Both the position numbers and the translations under genes were made by a program. This document shows, in pieces, positions 62,916 through 64,000 of a stretch of 64,000 bases of DNA. Location of the stretch: assembly GCA_030390025.1 (NCBI GenBank), contig CM059432.1, forward strand, positions 4,712,001 through 4,776,000, written 5' to 3'. The notes beneath the pieces were generated by a model that was given only the letters and a program-made list of their open reading frames with translations, did no database searches and had not been told where the DNA came from. Position 1 is the first letter of the stretch. Each line of letters starts with the position of its first letter. The stretch comes from Squalus acanthias (Eukaryota).

Positions 62916-63057
62916 GGGGGTCATTTTAAACCGAATTCGCCAGGATTGGGTGGATCACCGGTATCACGCGCCACCCAATAATACTCTTCCATTGGGAGTA
63001 AAATCGGACCCGATCTCGTCAGTTTGCCAACAGGCGGGTTCAGCAAAAATTACCCCC
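62916..63057. mobile_element. Short MITE
   Basis: TIR GGGGGTCATTTT...AAAATTACCCCC. Confidence 0.55.
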
Positions 63058-63621
63058 AAAATTTGTCCAAACCAGACAAGGGGCAAGGCTGTGGGTGAGA
63101 ATCTTCTTGCAGCCAATGAAAATTAATTGAAAACTTTATTAAATAATGGCCAGACTTCATATGACGCAGAAGTTAGCAGTAAAACATTTTATCAAAAAAA
63201 GACTTTTCATATCTGGCTTACCTTTTAGAAAAATCTAGACAGCCCACTCAAAGACTAGACTGAAAACAGAAAGCAGTGGGACTGCACAATAGATTCATCA
63301 GCTTCTGAAGAGACAAATTCATATTTCGGGTCGAGCCCTTTCGTCACAGTTGAATCTATCCGCGCCATTGTCCTCTCCTAGTCCGAGCGGTCCTGCTCAA
63401 AACCAAGGGTCCCATCCAACGCTCCCTCGACATTGTCTTTGTCGTGCGCGGCCCGTTTATTCCCTTTAAATTTGCTGTGCGGTATCTTAGAGGGAACGAC
63501 TCGTGAGCGGCCTGCGCGGTACCTCCCAGACTGCAGCACGGCCGCGCACGGGCGTAGCTTCGAGGGACGCTTTGGTCCCAACAACTTTTTACAGGATGAA
63601 AGGACGTCGACCTGAAACGTT

Positions 63622-64000
63622 GGCCGGAATTTTCCGGGGTGGTAGCAGACACGATCGGTGGCGGGTCGGTTGTTATTTTTGACAGTGGGTCGGGAACCCG
63701 CTGTCATCCCACCCCCACGCGCCTCTCCCCCACAGGCGCGTCTGTCATCGCGGCGCCGACCCGACCAGCAGCGGCGGGCGACCCAATTGAGATGATTAAC
63801 AGGTAGTTTACAGGCACTTAACAGGCTTTTCCCACTTACTTTTTAAACTTCCCTGCATGGCCACGGGATTCACGGCAGCTCGGGAACCCCGTCTGTCGAC
63901 CTGAGGCGGGAGTTCAGTGGCCATTGCTCCAGCTGATTAATTGACAGCATCAAATGTACAGTAAAAGCTCCCACCTGACAGATGATCACTTTCCTCAGGC
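63622..64000. mobile_element. MITE start (D-like), runs off the window
   Basis: GGCCGGAATTTT end; TTAACAGGTAGTT.ACAGGCA block shared with about 31387 and 50005. Confidence 0.55.

Overview
Eukaryotic, almost entirely repeat-derived DNA with no host gene I can support. The SINE content (HE1-type V-SINE, SacSINE1/AmnSINE1-like DeuSINEs) plus abundant CR1, L2, RTE and Penelope-like pieces points to a shark or other cartilaginous fish (inference). The main feature is a decayed, tandemly rearranged endogenous retrovirus-like element on the minus strand (about 15.2-27.0 kb, with further pieces at 34.4-35.6 kb). It has a ~1.05-kb LTR, a tRNA-Lys(UUU) primer-binding site, a coiled-coil Gag, an integrase C-terminus and a spliced env. 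The env looks like a class-I fusion (F-like) protein with a possible Ig-like N-terminal module, resembling lokiretroviruses more than ordinary ERVs. Also present: a near full-length CR1; a tRNA-headed LINE with a matching SINE; several Harbinger-type MITE families with 3-bp TSDs, hairpins and splice-donor arrays; Penelope-type hammerhead ribozyme cores; a 1.6-kb solo LTR; and a half-LTR flanked by a 344-bp duplication. Coordinates were read by eye, so boundaries of decayed fragments are approximate. No database searches were run.
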